A stretch of 64,000 nucleotides of DNA from Podarcis gaigeae (taxonomy: Eukaryota): assembly GCA_964106915.2 (NCBI GenBank), contig OZ066915.1; one strand, given 5' to 3'. Positions 1 to 11,667 of the stretch are shown here, one piece after another (positions within the stretch are counted from its first letter, which is position 1; each line of letters opens with the position of its first letter). A model generated the notes under the pieces. It saw nothing but the letters and a program-made list of their open reading frames with translations, was not told where the DNA came from and did not search any database. The translations under genes were made by a program, and so were the position numbers.

Positions 1-107
1 AGAGCCCAAATTCTGTTCTTATCCTGAAGCAAAGTTCTTAACCTGAAGCACTATTTCTGGGTTAGCGGAGTGTGTAACCTGAAGCGTATGTAACTGCGGT
101 ACCACTG
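1..107. mobile_element. Right part of a Tc1/mariner (Tigger-like) MITE, family A
   Basis: Ends ggtaccactg+TA; interior matches the copy at 13235-13476. Confidence 0.85.
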
Positions 108-263
108 TACATATGCCTTGCAAGCAGGCCCCTAGAGAGGTTGCAGTATGGAGACACCTAATGGAGATGGATTGGGAAGGTGCCTGGGTTTCGTCATCGT
201 TGGTGGGAGCTGGGTGCTTTTATTTTGTCACCAAAATCTCTTGCCTTGTCATGCCCCCTCTAG

Positions 264-417
264 ACCCTGCTGGATTTGTGTAGTCGCTCCCCCTGTCAGA
301 ATGGTGGCCGCTGTATGCAAACAGGCACTACCTTATCCTGTGCTTGCCCTGGAGGTTGGACTGGGCGTTACTGCGACATCCCCAATGTTTCTTGTGAAGT
401 GGTGGCCAGGAACCGAG
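264..417 (+). CDS. NOTCH3: NOTCH3 exon (about human exon 19), EGF26 and start of EGF27
   Basis: tag|ACCCTG...CGAG|gtaagg; [17 protein letters not shown]...VARNRG; 154 bp. Confidence 0.93.
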
Positions 418-3400
418 GTAAGGAAACATGCTCCAGGGACACTGAAACGGAAGCCCTTCTTCTGGTGTTTTCTTCCTCATTTATTCTGCTATCTGCTTCC
501 TCAGTGACCTTGATGACGCATGTTTGTCATCCAGGCTCCCCAGCATTATCAGCTTATGCTCACTGGCAAAGCTGATACAGGGCTTCCAGAGTTGACACAG
601 TGAATGTTACTTACCTTCAGTGATGCGGGGACAATGCCCTTGGATTCACTGGTGCTCCAATCAATATTTCAGACGGCTATTCCCAGTGGCATTGGAAACT
701 AAAAATGCTCAACGTTTGAAGTCAACTTTCCCATGCTTCTAGGGGGCAGAATAAAAGCTGCAAATGTTGTTGCAGAAGTGGTAGTTCTGTATATGAAACT
801 CTGTAATAATTTCAAAATGGTGTGATAATGGCTGAGGGCAATGGAGAGTCGGTCTGGATTCCCTGGTCCTGCTATGGTACTGGAGCATGCTGCACGTTCT
901 GTCACAATTTAACATCCATTATCAAGACTCTAAAGAGGCTTTTTTTTACATTTTACAGAAATGTAAATTAAAATCTGACTTAGGAAACATTGGGCTATTT
1001 TGTGCTTCCCCAATAAAGTGTCCTTTAAATTGAGGTGGGTAATAAAGTCTAGTGCTTGGAGGAAGCCCTTGGGTTCTGTTCTTATGACCAACTTGCTTGT
1101 GCAATGTTGCTTCAGTCTTCACCTACCCTGCTTTTAGTCACTTTGTCTAATCATCCTTTGGAAGCAGGAGGGCAGAATATGTGGCAGTACACAATGTGTA
1201 ATTTGCTTTTCCGTACAATAGGTGTCACCAAAGAGCAAGTGTGTCATTACGGTGGCCGTTGTGTGGATGCTGGCAATACTCACTACTGCATTTGCAAAAA
1301 AAGCTACACCGGCAGCTACTGTGAGAGTGAAGTGGACCACTGCCAGTACAACCTGTGTCGAAATGGGGGTACCTGTCGCAGTTTTGTGGGAGACTACGTC
1401 TGTGAGGTGAGGGAGTCCTTGCAGCCAGTAACAGGCCAGGGTTTCTGGTGTCTCTTCAGAACTCTGGGGAACCTGGTAACATTTAATGATGAGTTGTTGA
1501 ATGTCCAGTGAACAATTGTGAAATAAGATAAGAAAATGGCACAAATCTGCAACTTATTTTCCCAGTAATTTAAACAAACAGACAAACCACGAAAACCCCT
1601 CTATTTTCTTCCAAAGTTTTATTTTGTTGAAATATGGATATGGATTATAATTGTTTTCCCACTACTGCAACCTTCCTTACTTTTGGTGGTAACTCCTATT
1701 TGATGGCTGGTCAGATTGGTTGAACTTCCACCATGCCTTACAAAATCCATACATCTTTTTTTTTATTCTTTGCCACTTCATAGTTGCATATCAACAATGA
1801 AGTCCATTGTGTTGTTTCTCAAATTCTCTGTAAGAGTTTTTTCCCATCGCGCCAGGCACAGCCAAACCAATATTTATATGCCCTGGTGGGGGATTCAGAG
1901 AGTTGTGTTATGTGTAGAAAACAGCCTGCCCTACAAAGTGAAATTTAAGGTCATTACCCCACCCATTTTTGCCTCTGGCTCCACCCACCACACGACTACT
2001 GGAAGGTTGCTCAGAAGGGAATGTAGCCATCAGACTGAAGAAGGTTCGCTATCTATGGTCTAGAGACGTTGAAGAAGTACAGCATTACACAGGAACCAAA
2101 CAGAAATAATACACATTTTTTTTCATCCACAAGAGCTGCAGTGTTTTCTAACAACATATGTTAGCCATGATCTTGTGATACAGTTTCATAATTATGTTTA
2201 ATGTTTGTTCTTGCTATGTATTTTCCTTCCTTTTTATGAAGCCAGACTGATCTATTTGTATAAATCTTGGAATAATTTGCCATAGTCTATTTGCCCAAAG
2301 TCCCACTGAAGTTTAATAACCTTAATTTGGACAAGAAAGAGGATCAGTTTGGACAACTTGAAGGATCTTTCCCTTCCTTATGAAATTGTACTAGTTTTAC
2401 TTGATTTTACACACCAATAATAGTACAGTTTAACAAACAAAACATAAATTTCAATGGAACCAAGAGCAGGAAGCCTTTTCAAGGATGCAAGGCTCCAGCC
2501 TTTCTGGCCCTTTTGTGCTCATTGCTGTTTTGTCCTGTTTGCTTCTCTCCTACTCCAGTGCCCGCTAGGGTTCGAGGGGAAAAACTGTGAGTATGACATT
2601 GATGAGTGTCAGTCACACCCCTGCCAGAATGGAGGGACTTGCATTGATCTTGTTGGCCGCTACATTTGCTCCTGTCCACCTGGAACTCTGGGTAAGTGCT
2701 CCTGGGTATAGGAAGACCTTTACCAATATTACCTGTAGTAGGAAAGTACAAGACTGGGGAAAGGATTTAAGTTCTGATGGCACAGGTTTCTCTTTGTTGG
2801 ATTTGCTATTTTGTTGAAGAATAGTGAAAGGGAGCTCTGGATTTCTCCTTAGGGCACAGGATGGAGAACATGGGCTCAGAGTTCTCCCAGGCCTCTTTTT
2901 GAGGGAGGACAGCTTCAGCAACAGTGCCCAGGGCAATGGATGGATGGATGTTGACTCACTGTTGGGCACCGTAAAGGGCGAGGAATCTTGTTTTTTCCAC
3001 AGAGACAATGCAAGGATTGTGAGAAGGAGGAAGAGGTTTGTCTTCCCTGAGTCTGGATGTTTAATGTGATGGCGTGTTTGTTATCTCTCTAGGTGTCTTG
3101 TGTGAAATAAATGAAGATGATTGTGCTATGAATCCTGGCTCCCGGGTCCCCAAATGCCTCAACAACGGGACATGTGTGGACAGAGTTGGTGGCTACCGAT
3201 GCAGCTGCCCACCAGGTTTCACAGGCGAGCGCTGTGAGGGAGACATCAATGAGTGCCAGTCCAACCATTGCCACCCACGCAACACACTTGATTGCGTCCA
3301 GGAAGCCAGTGACTACCACTGCATTTGCAAGCCAGGCTACACTGGTGAGTGACAGTGTGTTCTCAAGGGAGAGTGTGCCCAAAGCGGACCCCAGTGATGC

Positions 3401-6400
3401 GTAGAGGAGCCGGGCTCAAGGGCTGCAAGTAGGAAGAATCTCCCCCGTAAAGAAGTTAGGAGTTCATCTTCAACCAAGTGGGTGGAGGGGAATCCAACTA
3501 TGCAGCTAAATGCATATTTGTGATCTAAAACAAAGATTGGAATGGTGACTGAGTGAGATGGGCCTCTTTGGCCATTTCAGTGAGCAAATACGAGCTTTGA
3601 GAACTAGTGCTACGATGCAACGCCAAATATAGCAGGGTGGTGGTGGTCTTTGGGGCTAAGTTCTGCTGGAATCCATCAGTAATACTCTTGTTTTTCATAT
3701 CCTCAGGCCGCCATTGCAAGAACATTGTGAATGCATGTGACTCTCAACCTTGCCAGAATGGTGGGAAGTGTAATCCGGCAGTCAACCTGCCTCTAGGCTA
3801 CACCTGCCACTGTCCCCGGGTGAGTCCCCTACAACACAGCTGCTCACAGCAAGTGGCTAATGCAGCTCCTGTACACAAACAAGGCAAGGGGCTAGGCGAG
3901 GGAGAGAAAGGAAGAGTGCGGTTGCGAGGATTACGTGGGGGAACCATTAGGTTGATATGTTGGTGTTGTGCTATGAATGAGTTTCAGTACCTGTCAGGAC
4001 AAGGTTTCTGTCTGGGAGGCTTTTTGGAGGTAGAGAGTTTAGTGTCCTCCAATGCAAGGCTTGTCATGGAAGGAGTTTCTACTCGGGAGTGGCAGGAAAC
4101 AATTCTGCTGCGTGATCTTGTGGGAATTCTGGTTGTGAAACCTGCAAGAGAAGTTTGAAGCGGTGCCATAACACAATGCAGAAGTCTAATATTGGCTAAT
4201 AAGGGGAGATGGTGTTGGTGAGTGGTGCCCAGTACTGGAGGATATGGGGTGTGGGAAGGTACTTCTTGAGGGCAGGATATGAGTGCTGGGCCTTGAGATT
4301 TGTGGAGGGAAGAATTTACTCACCAGGCTGAGCGCTTGTAAGAGGACAGCTATGGTGCCAGAGGCTTTCTGTTGTTAGGCCAGCAGTTGGAACGATTTGA
4401 GGGCTTGGCCGGCTTTCCATTCCTAACTCTGCTTGTTATTCTTTTCCAGGGTTATTCAGGCATCCGCTGTGAGCGCATGCTCTCCTGCCGGGAACTCTCC
4501 TGCTTCAATGGCGGCAGCTGCCGGACCACAGCGCTGGGTCCTCGCTGCTCCTGCCTGCCTGGGTGGGCTGGACCGGAATGCCGCCTGCATGCCAACAGCA
4601 GCTGTGCCAGCATGCCCTGCCACAATGGGGGTGCTTGCCATGAGACTGCTGACCCCCCTTATTTTCAGTGCCTTTGTCTTGGTGACTACACGGGGTTTCG
4701 CTGCCAGACCCGCACCCTGAAGCTCCCCGAGGTCCACTGCCCGCTGAAGGAGTGTGCTGCAAAGGCCGGGGATTTCTACTGTGACAAGATGTGCAACAGT
4801 CCAGCCTGCCACTGGGATGGCGGTGACTGTTCCCTGCGAGTTGATGATCCCTGGAAGCAGTGCGAGAGCCCCCTGTGCTTGCAGCTCTTCAACAACAGCC
4901 AGTGTGATGAGATGTGCAACACTGCCGAGTGCCTTTATGACAACTTTGACTGCAAGAGCCATGAGTCCAGCTGCAAGTGAGTCCTGCCACTGCCTCTTGA
5001 GTAGGGGAGACATCTAGTTGTGTATACTGCACCAGAGACCCCTGGAATCAAGGGCCACCCCAACTAAATGAGGAACCAAGACTAATTTTAGGCAGTGTAG
5101 GGGTGCTGTGTACAAACATGGGTGCTTCCACTGAGACCTATAAATTTATCTCCATCCCTACGTCCGACACCAAACATGGCAGAGTATTGGTATTATTTGC
5201 ATGGATTCCTTCTATGTGTTCCACTTGACTAGCTCTGAGACTTGGCCATGTTAGCTGTGGGGTGTAGGAATCTGCTGCAGACCCATAATTCCTTGTGCCC
5301 TTTCCTCCTTATGGCTTAACAAGGCACCAGTGAGCTGTATTGGCATAGGGTTGGTTATGACAGGCGTGACTCAATTCCTTCTCCTCCTCCTTCTTCCACA
5401 GCCCTGTCTATGAGAAATACTGCTCAGATCACTTTGCTGATAGCCATTGTGACCAGGGCTGCAACAACGAAGAGTGTGGCTGGGATGGGCTGGACTGTGC
5501 ACTGGAGGTGCCCGAGCGCTTGGCAGACGGCGTTCTGGTCATCACTGTGCTGCTACACCCTGACGAATTGCTCCGCACAAGCGCCGTCTTCCTGCAGAAG
5601 CTGAGTTCCATTTTGAGAACCTCCTTGCGCTTCCGCCGTGACAAGGACGGTAACTTCATGATCAAGCCATATTACGGGTCTGGCAGTCGGCCGCCGTATT
5701 ATGGATCTGGCGGTCGGCAACGCAGGGAACTGGAACAAGAGATTATTGGGTGAGTCACACAGAGGAGCTGAAGAAAAGCAAGGAGCTTTGGGAGTTCAGA
5801 GAGCTGCTTGGTTGGGGGGGGTGTTATAGGACCCAAGCCTCAAGGAACGTAGAGGGAGGGATATAAGAAGGTTCTGAATTGGAAGGAGAGGTAGTTGGGC
5901 CCAGAGGCTCAGCTAAACTACTTCCAACAGCCTTCACAGAATAAGGCAGCTGTGGGGGGAAAAAACCTATAGAACTGGCATACAAATCTGAGGGTTCTGA
6001 GGAAATACTAACAAATCCACAAAAACTGTTTTGGAGCTGATAACAGGATTATTTAGTGATAGATTTCCATAACTAGATGGGAATTCATTCAAGCGTTTTT
6101 ATATAACTTTATTATATTATTCAAGAACCGCTTCTGATGTCTAACTGCTTTCTTAGCCAAAGTACCAGAAGGTGGCTAATGAAATAAAAGAAGCAAGCAA
6201 GTGCCTGAGATAGTGGTGGATCTCTGGAAGCTTTAGGTTAATGCCAAGCAAGTGGGTTGCATGCATCGTTAAGAACAAACGGGCTAAACGTGATCTGCTT
6301 AGGAAGAGTCCGCCTGCATTTTGTAAGAAGAGATTGTGCTTCACAAATTATTAAAGCTACTGATAGAATCTTGGGTGGTCTTTTCCTTGATGTGTGTATT

Positions 6401-9145
6401 TGGAAGTGCCCATTCTAAAATTCAGTGTGTAAAAAGCAACAGACCTTGTTTCCTGCACCAAAGAATAAATGGGGAGCAGGACCTTTTGTGGAGCTGGCTG
6501 ACTTGCCTTGTCCTAGGATTGTGTGTGCTACTAGATAAGGAGTTCTAGGCCTTCATAACACTTGCTTCTTCCTCCAGGTCTGAGGTCACTCTTGAGATTG
6601 ATAACCGACTCTGCTACCAGGCTTCAGACAAGTGCTTCCCTGATGCAGATAGTGCTGCAGACTACCTGGCTGCCCTGTCAGCGGTGGAGCGCCTAGAGTT
6701 CCCATACCCCCTCAAGGCTGTGCGAGGTGAGGGCAGCAGAGGAGTCATTTGCTGGAAGCAGAATTTGACTGGGTTTGGAGTTTACAGGAAGGTCACGACA
6801 GGGTCTCCTAATAGGGCAGTATTGTTTCTACAGGTGAAAAGATCAAAGAGGAAGGCGAACTTAAGCTGGTGCCATTGCTGGTGGTGGCATGCCTGATTCT
6901 GCTGGTGATCCTGGTGCTGGGTGTGCTAGTGGCACGGCGCAAAAGAGAGCACAGCACCCTCTGGTTCCCTGAAGGCTTCAGTCTGAAGAAAGAGAGCAGC
7001 AATAAGAACCGGCGTGAGCCTGTGGGTCAGGATGCCCTAGGCATGAAGTAAGAGCCTTTCATTCACCCAGAATGAAACCTCAGTTCCTGCAGCAGGTTTC
7101 AGCTTCTGCAGGGGGTGGTCAGCTATCTGTGACTTGTACTTTGCTCCCAATTGTGCTTTAGTTAGCTGATGGAGAACTTTTCCTTCATTTTGTGGTGTGG
7201 GAAAGAGCAAGAGGGTGTAAGCCCATAGGCTTGGTGTTTGCCCTGCACTACTGTTTGACTTCACTGTGTATCTTTCCCCCTGCTGCAGGAATATTGGCAA
7301 AGGAGAGAGCCTAATACCAGACAGCTCAGAAGACTGGCTGGAAGAGTGCCCAGAGGCCAAGCGACTAAAGGTATTCCTTTTGAGACTTTGTCTGGCTTAA
7401 GAAAGGGGATTCCAGCTCCTCACAAGAGCTACCCCACTGCCTCCCCCACCCTTTCTCTTGGTGTCTGCAGGTATTAACTCCCTGCATCAGACTACTGTGG
7501 GCCTGACTCATTAGTGTTTGCAAGCAGCAATGAAGTAGTTTGATGCACTGGGTGAATAGGCGCATATTATGTCTTTCCATAATAGCTACAGGCCCGTGTT
7601 CATCCTTGCCAGGTGGAGGAGCCAGCCATAGATCGTGAAGACCCTGTGGACTGCCGTCAATGGACACAGCATCACTTGGTGGCAGCAGACATCCGCATGC
7701 CGCCATCTATGGCCCTGACGCCACCCCAGGGTGAATTTGATACTGACTGCATGGACGTCAATGTCCGTGGACCAGGTAATTGGGAATAAGGGCAGCGAGT
7801 TGGGTCTGCGAGCGCTCATATGGAGCTTTTGCAGACAGTGTCTGATGAACAGAATAGATCTGTTACTTCCTGTCTTCTGTAACAAGTCCCAACATGTTTT
7901 GTTCTAATCCAGTATGTGGCACATGGGAGAGGAGAAACAGAGCAAATCTTTTAAAAAAAGCCAAACACAACAGCAACAACCCTTGTTGGGATCTCCTTAC
8001 AGATGGTTTCACTCCACTTATGTTGGCCTCCTTCCGTGGTGGTGGTGAAATGGAGACTGAACTGGCTGAGGAAGAGGAAGCAGATGACTCCTCTGCCAAC
8101 ATAATCTCGGACCTAATCTGCCAGGGGGCTAACCTGAGTGCCCAGACAGACCGCACAGGTGAAACTGCCCTGCATTTGGCTGCCAGATATGCACGGGCAG
8201 ATGCTACCAAGCGCTTGCTGGATGCTGGTGCTGATACCAATGCACAAGACAACACAGGGCGCACACCACTTCATGCTGCCGTGACTGCTGATGCCCAGGG
8301 AGTCTTCCAGGTGGGTCTCACCCAATGGACTAGTGTGGCCTTTTAAATCCTGGACATAAATCCCCCTCCTCTGTCTTGCTCATGTTAACAGCATGCTCCA
8401 GTTCCCTTTTTAAGTGGAGAGCCCCTGTGATGGTTACCACCTGGAAGTTATTCTTGTGTTATCCACTCATTACCTCTCTGGGGACACAATGAAAAGTTAG
8501 TTAGCCTGGCTGTACTTTGCACTGATAAGAGTGAATGAGAACCTAAGAACTGTACTTGAGGCAATAGTGTTACTGTGCACATGCTGCCTTGGATGGTGTG
8601 TGTTTTGGGCACCAACCTAACACACCAACATGTTCTGTTGCTAGATCCTGATCCGGAATCGATCTACAGACTTGGATGCCCGAATGGGGGATGGTTCAAC
8701 AGCACTGATCCTAGCAGCCAGGCTGGCTGTTGAGGGCATGGTGGAGGAGCTGATTGTCTGCCACGCTGATGTCAACGCTGTGGATGAGATGGGTACGTAA
8801 CCCCCAGGGAGGCTGCCGGGCTGAGTTCTTTTACTTGGCTAGTCTGCGTTATGCTGAACTTCAGCGGGAGGCCTCCTCAGAACTACAACATGCATTGCAA
8901 ATGTATTCCAAATTAATTCCACAAATGCACTTGCTGAACCTCCAGTCTGGTTGCCCTGGGCATCTCTCAAGCACCAGCAATTCACTTGGCCATTCTCCTG
9001 ACTCCTGCTTCCCTCTCTAAGCTCCTTAGATGCATTCTGATGAGGCTCTGCAGGGCAAGAGCCACTGTCATCATAGAGCCCTGAGTGCCAGAGGTGGAGG
9101 GAGCAAAAGGATGGATTACACACATGACAAGGAGTGTGGGATTAT

Positions 9146-9198
<53 letters not shown>

Positions 9199-11667
9199 AC
9201 ATTATTGAGAGTCAATAGGACACCCCCCTCTCTGTTACCTATTTTATTGGCTCTACTTTTTTCAGTCTGCCTACTGAACTGCTGGAAAGGGGACAGAAAA
9301 CTCTTGCCAGAACTGATTGGGTGCAGAGGATTTCCCTCTCCAAGCATCCATTGCTGACATACTCTTGCCCCCAGCCAGAGTTCTAAACTATTTGCTTGCA
9401 GAGGGCATCCCCTGCCCTTCCAGCATTCCACCCATTTTGCCTTTTCCCATTACAATCCACCACCCTGCCCTCCTTTCCCCCTCTCCCACCCGCATGAAAA
9501 TAAGCCAAGATCCATGTGTGGCCCTTGTTCCTGATGTATGAAGACAATGCCTTACTGTGTGGAGGGGTATTAAGAGAGTAGGGCATGGTCTTGGTGTGCA
9601 GGGTCGAAATGACAGAAGACCTTCTGGGGAACCTGCTGGTGATTCTGGGGACCCTGTAGCTGCTTGACTCTTGCATGGACCTGCATCTCCATAACAAAGC
9701 AGCTGATTTGCTGAGAGGACAAATCCAGAGTCTACAGAAGGTCCAGCATTAAAGCACAGAATAAGCAGCAACAGGCGAGGATGGTAGTGAGGAGCAAGGT
9801 GGTAGCTTTAGATTGAGGGGAGTTAGGGGAGCTGATGCAGCAGAATACTTCTAGTGGGATCTGAGACTCTGATACTGAGAACTTACAGTAATCCTCATGG
9901 TGTCATTCCTCTCAGGTAAATCAGCCCTGCACTGGGCAGCAGCTGTCAACAATGTAGAGGCCACGATTGCGCTGCTGAAGAATGGGGCCAACAAGGACAT
10001 GCAGGACAGCAAAGTAAGTTCTTTATTGCATTTTTTTTCCTGTTTAGGGAAGCTTTTAATGTTTGATGTATTACAGTATTTTAATATTTTTTTGGAAGCC
10101 GCCCAGAGTGGCTGGGGAAGCCCCGCCAGATGAGCGGCGTGTAAATAACAAACAAACAAACAAACAAACAAACAAACATCATCATCATCATCATGTGATG
10201 CTTTAAGTTTCATGTGTCCCTATAACTTGGCAGAATAACATCTGTTGCTGTAGGCTTCTTCTGACAGGAGCAGCTCTTTCCATCCCTGTAAATGTCTTTA
10301 AGCTAATCCTGGTCGCTCCCCTGCCTGTATATGGTGGGGAGGTTTACAGGGGGACAAGAAGCTCATGGCTCCTTTTCTAGAACGCTTTGTAGTATGTGCT
10401 CTTCATCACCCTGTCCTTTCTGCGGCAGGAGGAGACACCGCTGTTCCTGGCAGCCCGGGAAGGCAGTTATGAGGCAGCCAAAATCCTGCTGGATCACTTT
10501 GCCAACCGCGAAATCACAGACCACATGGATCGCCTGCCACGCGACGTGGCACAGGAGCGCTTGCACCACGACATTGTCCGGCTTCTGGATGACTACAACA
10601 CCGTGCGCAGCCCACAGGGGGCGTTGCCCGCCGGCCACTCCCTCTCCCCTCTCATGTGCCCTCCCAATAGCTTCTTGCCCAGCTTGAAGCCCACGCCACA
10701 GGGCAAGAAGAGCCGGCGCCCTAGCACCAAGAACGCGACGGCAGGCAGCAGCGCCAGCCTGGCAAGGGAGAGCAAAGAGGCCAAGGCACGTGCCAAGAAG
10801 CTCAACCTGGAGTGCCAAGGCTCTCTCCTGGAGAGCTCTGTCACCCTGTCTCCCGTTGACTCACTGGACTCCCCCTATGTGCCCAACCCTGCCTCGCCAG
10901 GGGTCTTCCACCCAGCCAACTCCTCCATGTCAGTGCCCTCCACTCCCATGGTCCATGGCATGATGGAGGCGCCCTTTGCTGTCAGTCTGGCACGCCTGAG
11001 CGACCTAGGGGATGGCACCCTCCTCTCCATGAACCGCCTCTCAGTGCCACCAGGCCGCATGGGGCTCAGCTTGGGCATGGTGAGCCCCGTGGCCATGCCC
11101 TTTGATTGGCATGCCCGTGTCCCCACTTCCCAGTGCCAGCCAATCATAGGGGTTGTGCACCCTGCCGCCTCCCATCCCAACCTGCACCAACCAGGCCAGG
11201 CTTTCCCACCAGGGCTGCTTCTGCCCAGCCACATGGCCATGGGGCACAGCTCCCAGGGTTTGCCCAACTCAGCTCCTCCACAGACCAAGGAGGCAGCCCA
11301 GCCCATGCCCCCGCCAGCTACCACCATGAGAACCAACCAGCCTGTCTCGCCCCAGGAGGCCCAGGGGGCGCCCCGTGCAGGGCCCCCACAGTACCTAAAG
11401 CCCGCAGGGGTGGAGGATTACCCGACACCCCCTTCTCAACACAGCTACACACAGGGGCAGGACGCGACCCCCAAGCACTTCCTCCATCCGCCCAGTGAGC
11501 ACCCCTACCTGACTCCTTCGCCAGAGTCCCCAGAGCAGTGGAGCAGCCCCTCGCCCCACTCCTTGTCCGACTGGTCTGAATCTACTCCCAGCCCGACTGT
11601 CCTGGGGCCCAGCCACACCCAGCTGCCTTCGGTGGAGCCATCCGCTAAGATGCAGGTGTTTGCATGA
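264..11667 (+). CDS. NOTCH3: NOTCH3, 3' part of the gene (last 15 coding exons; 5' exons lie upstream of the window)
   Basis: Spliced exons give EGF repeats, 3 LNR, HD, TM, RAM (WFP), ankyrin repeats and PEST. NOTCH3-specific segments: [80 protein letters not shown]. All introns are GT-AG with compatible phases. Confidence 0.96.
1222..1406 (+). CDS. NOTCH3: NOTCH3 exon (about exon 20), EGF27-28
   Basis: atag|GTGTC...TGTGAG|gtgagg; [13 protein letters not shown]...GDYVCE; 185 bp. Confidence 0.94.
2160..2360 (-). mobile_element. Decayed L1/Tx1-type LINE reverse-transcriptase fragment
   Basis: Minus strand reads [23 protein letters not shown], resembling the LANRL...IHxDQxGFIKGR RT motif; boundaries approximate. 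Confidence 0.5.
2559..2691 (+). CDS. NOTCH3: NOTCH3 exon (about exon 21), EGF28-29
   Basis: ccag|TGCCCG...CTGG|gtaagt; [17 protein letters not shown]...CPPGTLG; 133 bp. Confidence 0.95.
3093..3344 (+). CDS. NOTCH3: NOTCH3 exon (about exon 22), EGF30-31
   Basis: ctag|GTGTC...ACTG|gtgagt; [10 protein letters not shown]...CKPGYTG; 252 bp. Confidence 0.95.
3707..3819 (+). CDS. NOTCH3: NOTCH3 exon (about exon 23), EGF32
   Basis: tcag|GCCGC...CCCCGG|gtgagt; [21 protein letters not shown]...CHCPR; 113 bp. Confidence 0.93.
4450..4976 (+). CDS. NOTCH3: NOTCH3 exon (about exon 24), EGF33-34 and LNR-A/B
   Basis: ccag|GGTTAT...TGCAA|gtgagt; contains [17 protein letters not shown] and [17 protein letters not shown]; 527 bp. 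Confidence 0.95.
5402..5749 (+). CDS. NOTCH3: NOTCH3 exon (about exon 25), LNR-C, HD-N and S1 furin site RQRR
   Basis: acag|CCCTGTC...ATTGG|gtgagt; [13 protein letters not shown]...[12 protein letters not shown]; 348 bp. Confidence 0.95.
6578..6726 (+). CDS. NOTCH3: NOTCH3 exon (about exon 26), HD-C
   Basis: ccag|GTCTGAG...CGAG|gtgagg; [12 protein letters not shown]...[10 protein letters not shown]; 149 bp. Confidence 0.95.
6834..7047 (+). CDS. NOTCH3: NOTCH3 exon (about exon 27), transmembrane helix and RAM
   Basis: acag|GTGAAA...ATGAA|gtaaga; [38 protein letters not shown]; 214 bp. Confidence 0.95.
7289..7370 (+). CDS. NOTCH3: NOTCH3 exon (about exon 28), RAM linker/NLS
   Basis: gcag|GAATATT...CTAAAG|gtattc; [27 protein letters not shown]; 82 bp. 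Confidence 0.92.
7613..7775 (+). CDS. NOTCH3: NOTCH3 exon (about exon 29)
   Basis: ccag|GTGGAG...CCAG|gtaatt; VEEP...[14 protein letters not shown]...DVNVRGP; 163 bp. Confidence 0.95.
8003..8310 (+). CDS. NOTCH3: NOTCH3 exon (about exon 30), ankyrin repeats
   Basis: acag|ATGGT...TTCCAG|gtgggt; GFTPLMLAS...[11 protein letters not shown]...DAQGVFQ; 308 bp. Confidence 0.95.
8645..8792 (+). CDS. NOTCH3: NOTCH3 exon (about exon 31), ankyrin repeats
   Basis: ctag|ATCCTG...ATGG|gtacgt; [14 protein letters not shown]...DVNAVDEMG; 148 bp. Confidence 0.95.
9150..9195. repeat. (CT)n microsatellite
   Basis: Read directly from the sequence. Confidence 0.95.
9916..10013 (+). CDS. NOTCH3: NOTCH3 exon (about exon 32), ankyrin repeat
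   Basis: tcag|GTAAA...AGCAAA|gtaagt; [32 protein letters not shown]; 98 bp. Confidence 0.95.
10095..10195 (+). mobile_element. LINE 3' terminus (probably L2-type) with (AAAC)n/(ATC)n tail
   Basis: gccgcccagagtggctggggaa...ccagatgagcggcgtgtaaata plus simple-repeat tail; related copies near 15395-15478 and 27025-27070. Confidence 0.5.
10429..11667 (+). CDS. NOTCH3: NOTCH3 last coding exon (about exon 33), ankyrin end and PEST
   Basis: gcag|GAGGAGACACCG; [15 protein letters not shown]...[28 protein letters not shown]...MQVFA*; stop TGA at 11665-11667. Confidence 0.96.
   Translation, partial: EETPLFLAAREGSYEAAKILLDHFANREITDHMDRLPRDVAQERLHHDIVRLLDDYNTVRSPQGALPAGHSLSPLMCPPNSFLPSLKPTPQGKKSRRPSTKNATAGSSASLARESKEAKARAKKLNLECQGSLLESSVTLSPVDSLDSPYVPNPASPGVFHPANSSMSVPSTPMVHGMMEAPFAVSLARLSDLGDGTLLSMNRLSVPPGRMGLSLGMVSPVAMPFDWHARVPTSQCQPIIGVVHPAASHPNLHQPGQAFPPGLLLPSHMAMGHSSQGLPNSAPPQTKEAAQPMPPPATTMRTNQPVSPQEAQGAPRAGPPQYLKPAGVEDYPTPPSQHSYTQGQDATPKHFLHPPSEHPYLTPSPESPEQWSSPSPHSLSDWSESTPSPTVLGPSHTQLPSVEPSAKMQVFA

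Noticed and set aside
264-4720. CADASIL-like odd cysteine number in an EGF repeat
   Set aside because: All nine visible EGF repeats have six cysteines.
6781-6833. Alternative acceptor tttacag 46 nt upstream of the TM exon
   Set aside because: It would shift the frame, and there is no transcript evidence.
9037-9063. CTGATGA followed by a GGCTCT/AGAGCC stem, resembling a hammerhead
   Set aside because: There is no GAAA after the stem, so the core is incomplete.
264-11667. Calling the gene NOTCH2 or NOTCH1 because of the C-terminal MQVFA and TPPSQHSY
   Set aside because: The TM/RAM, HD and ankyrin segments carry NOTCH3-specific residues, and the exon layout fits NOTCH3.
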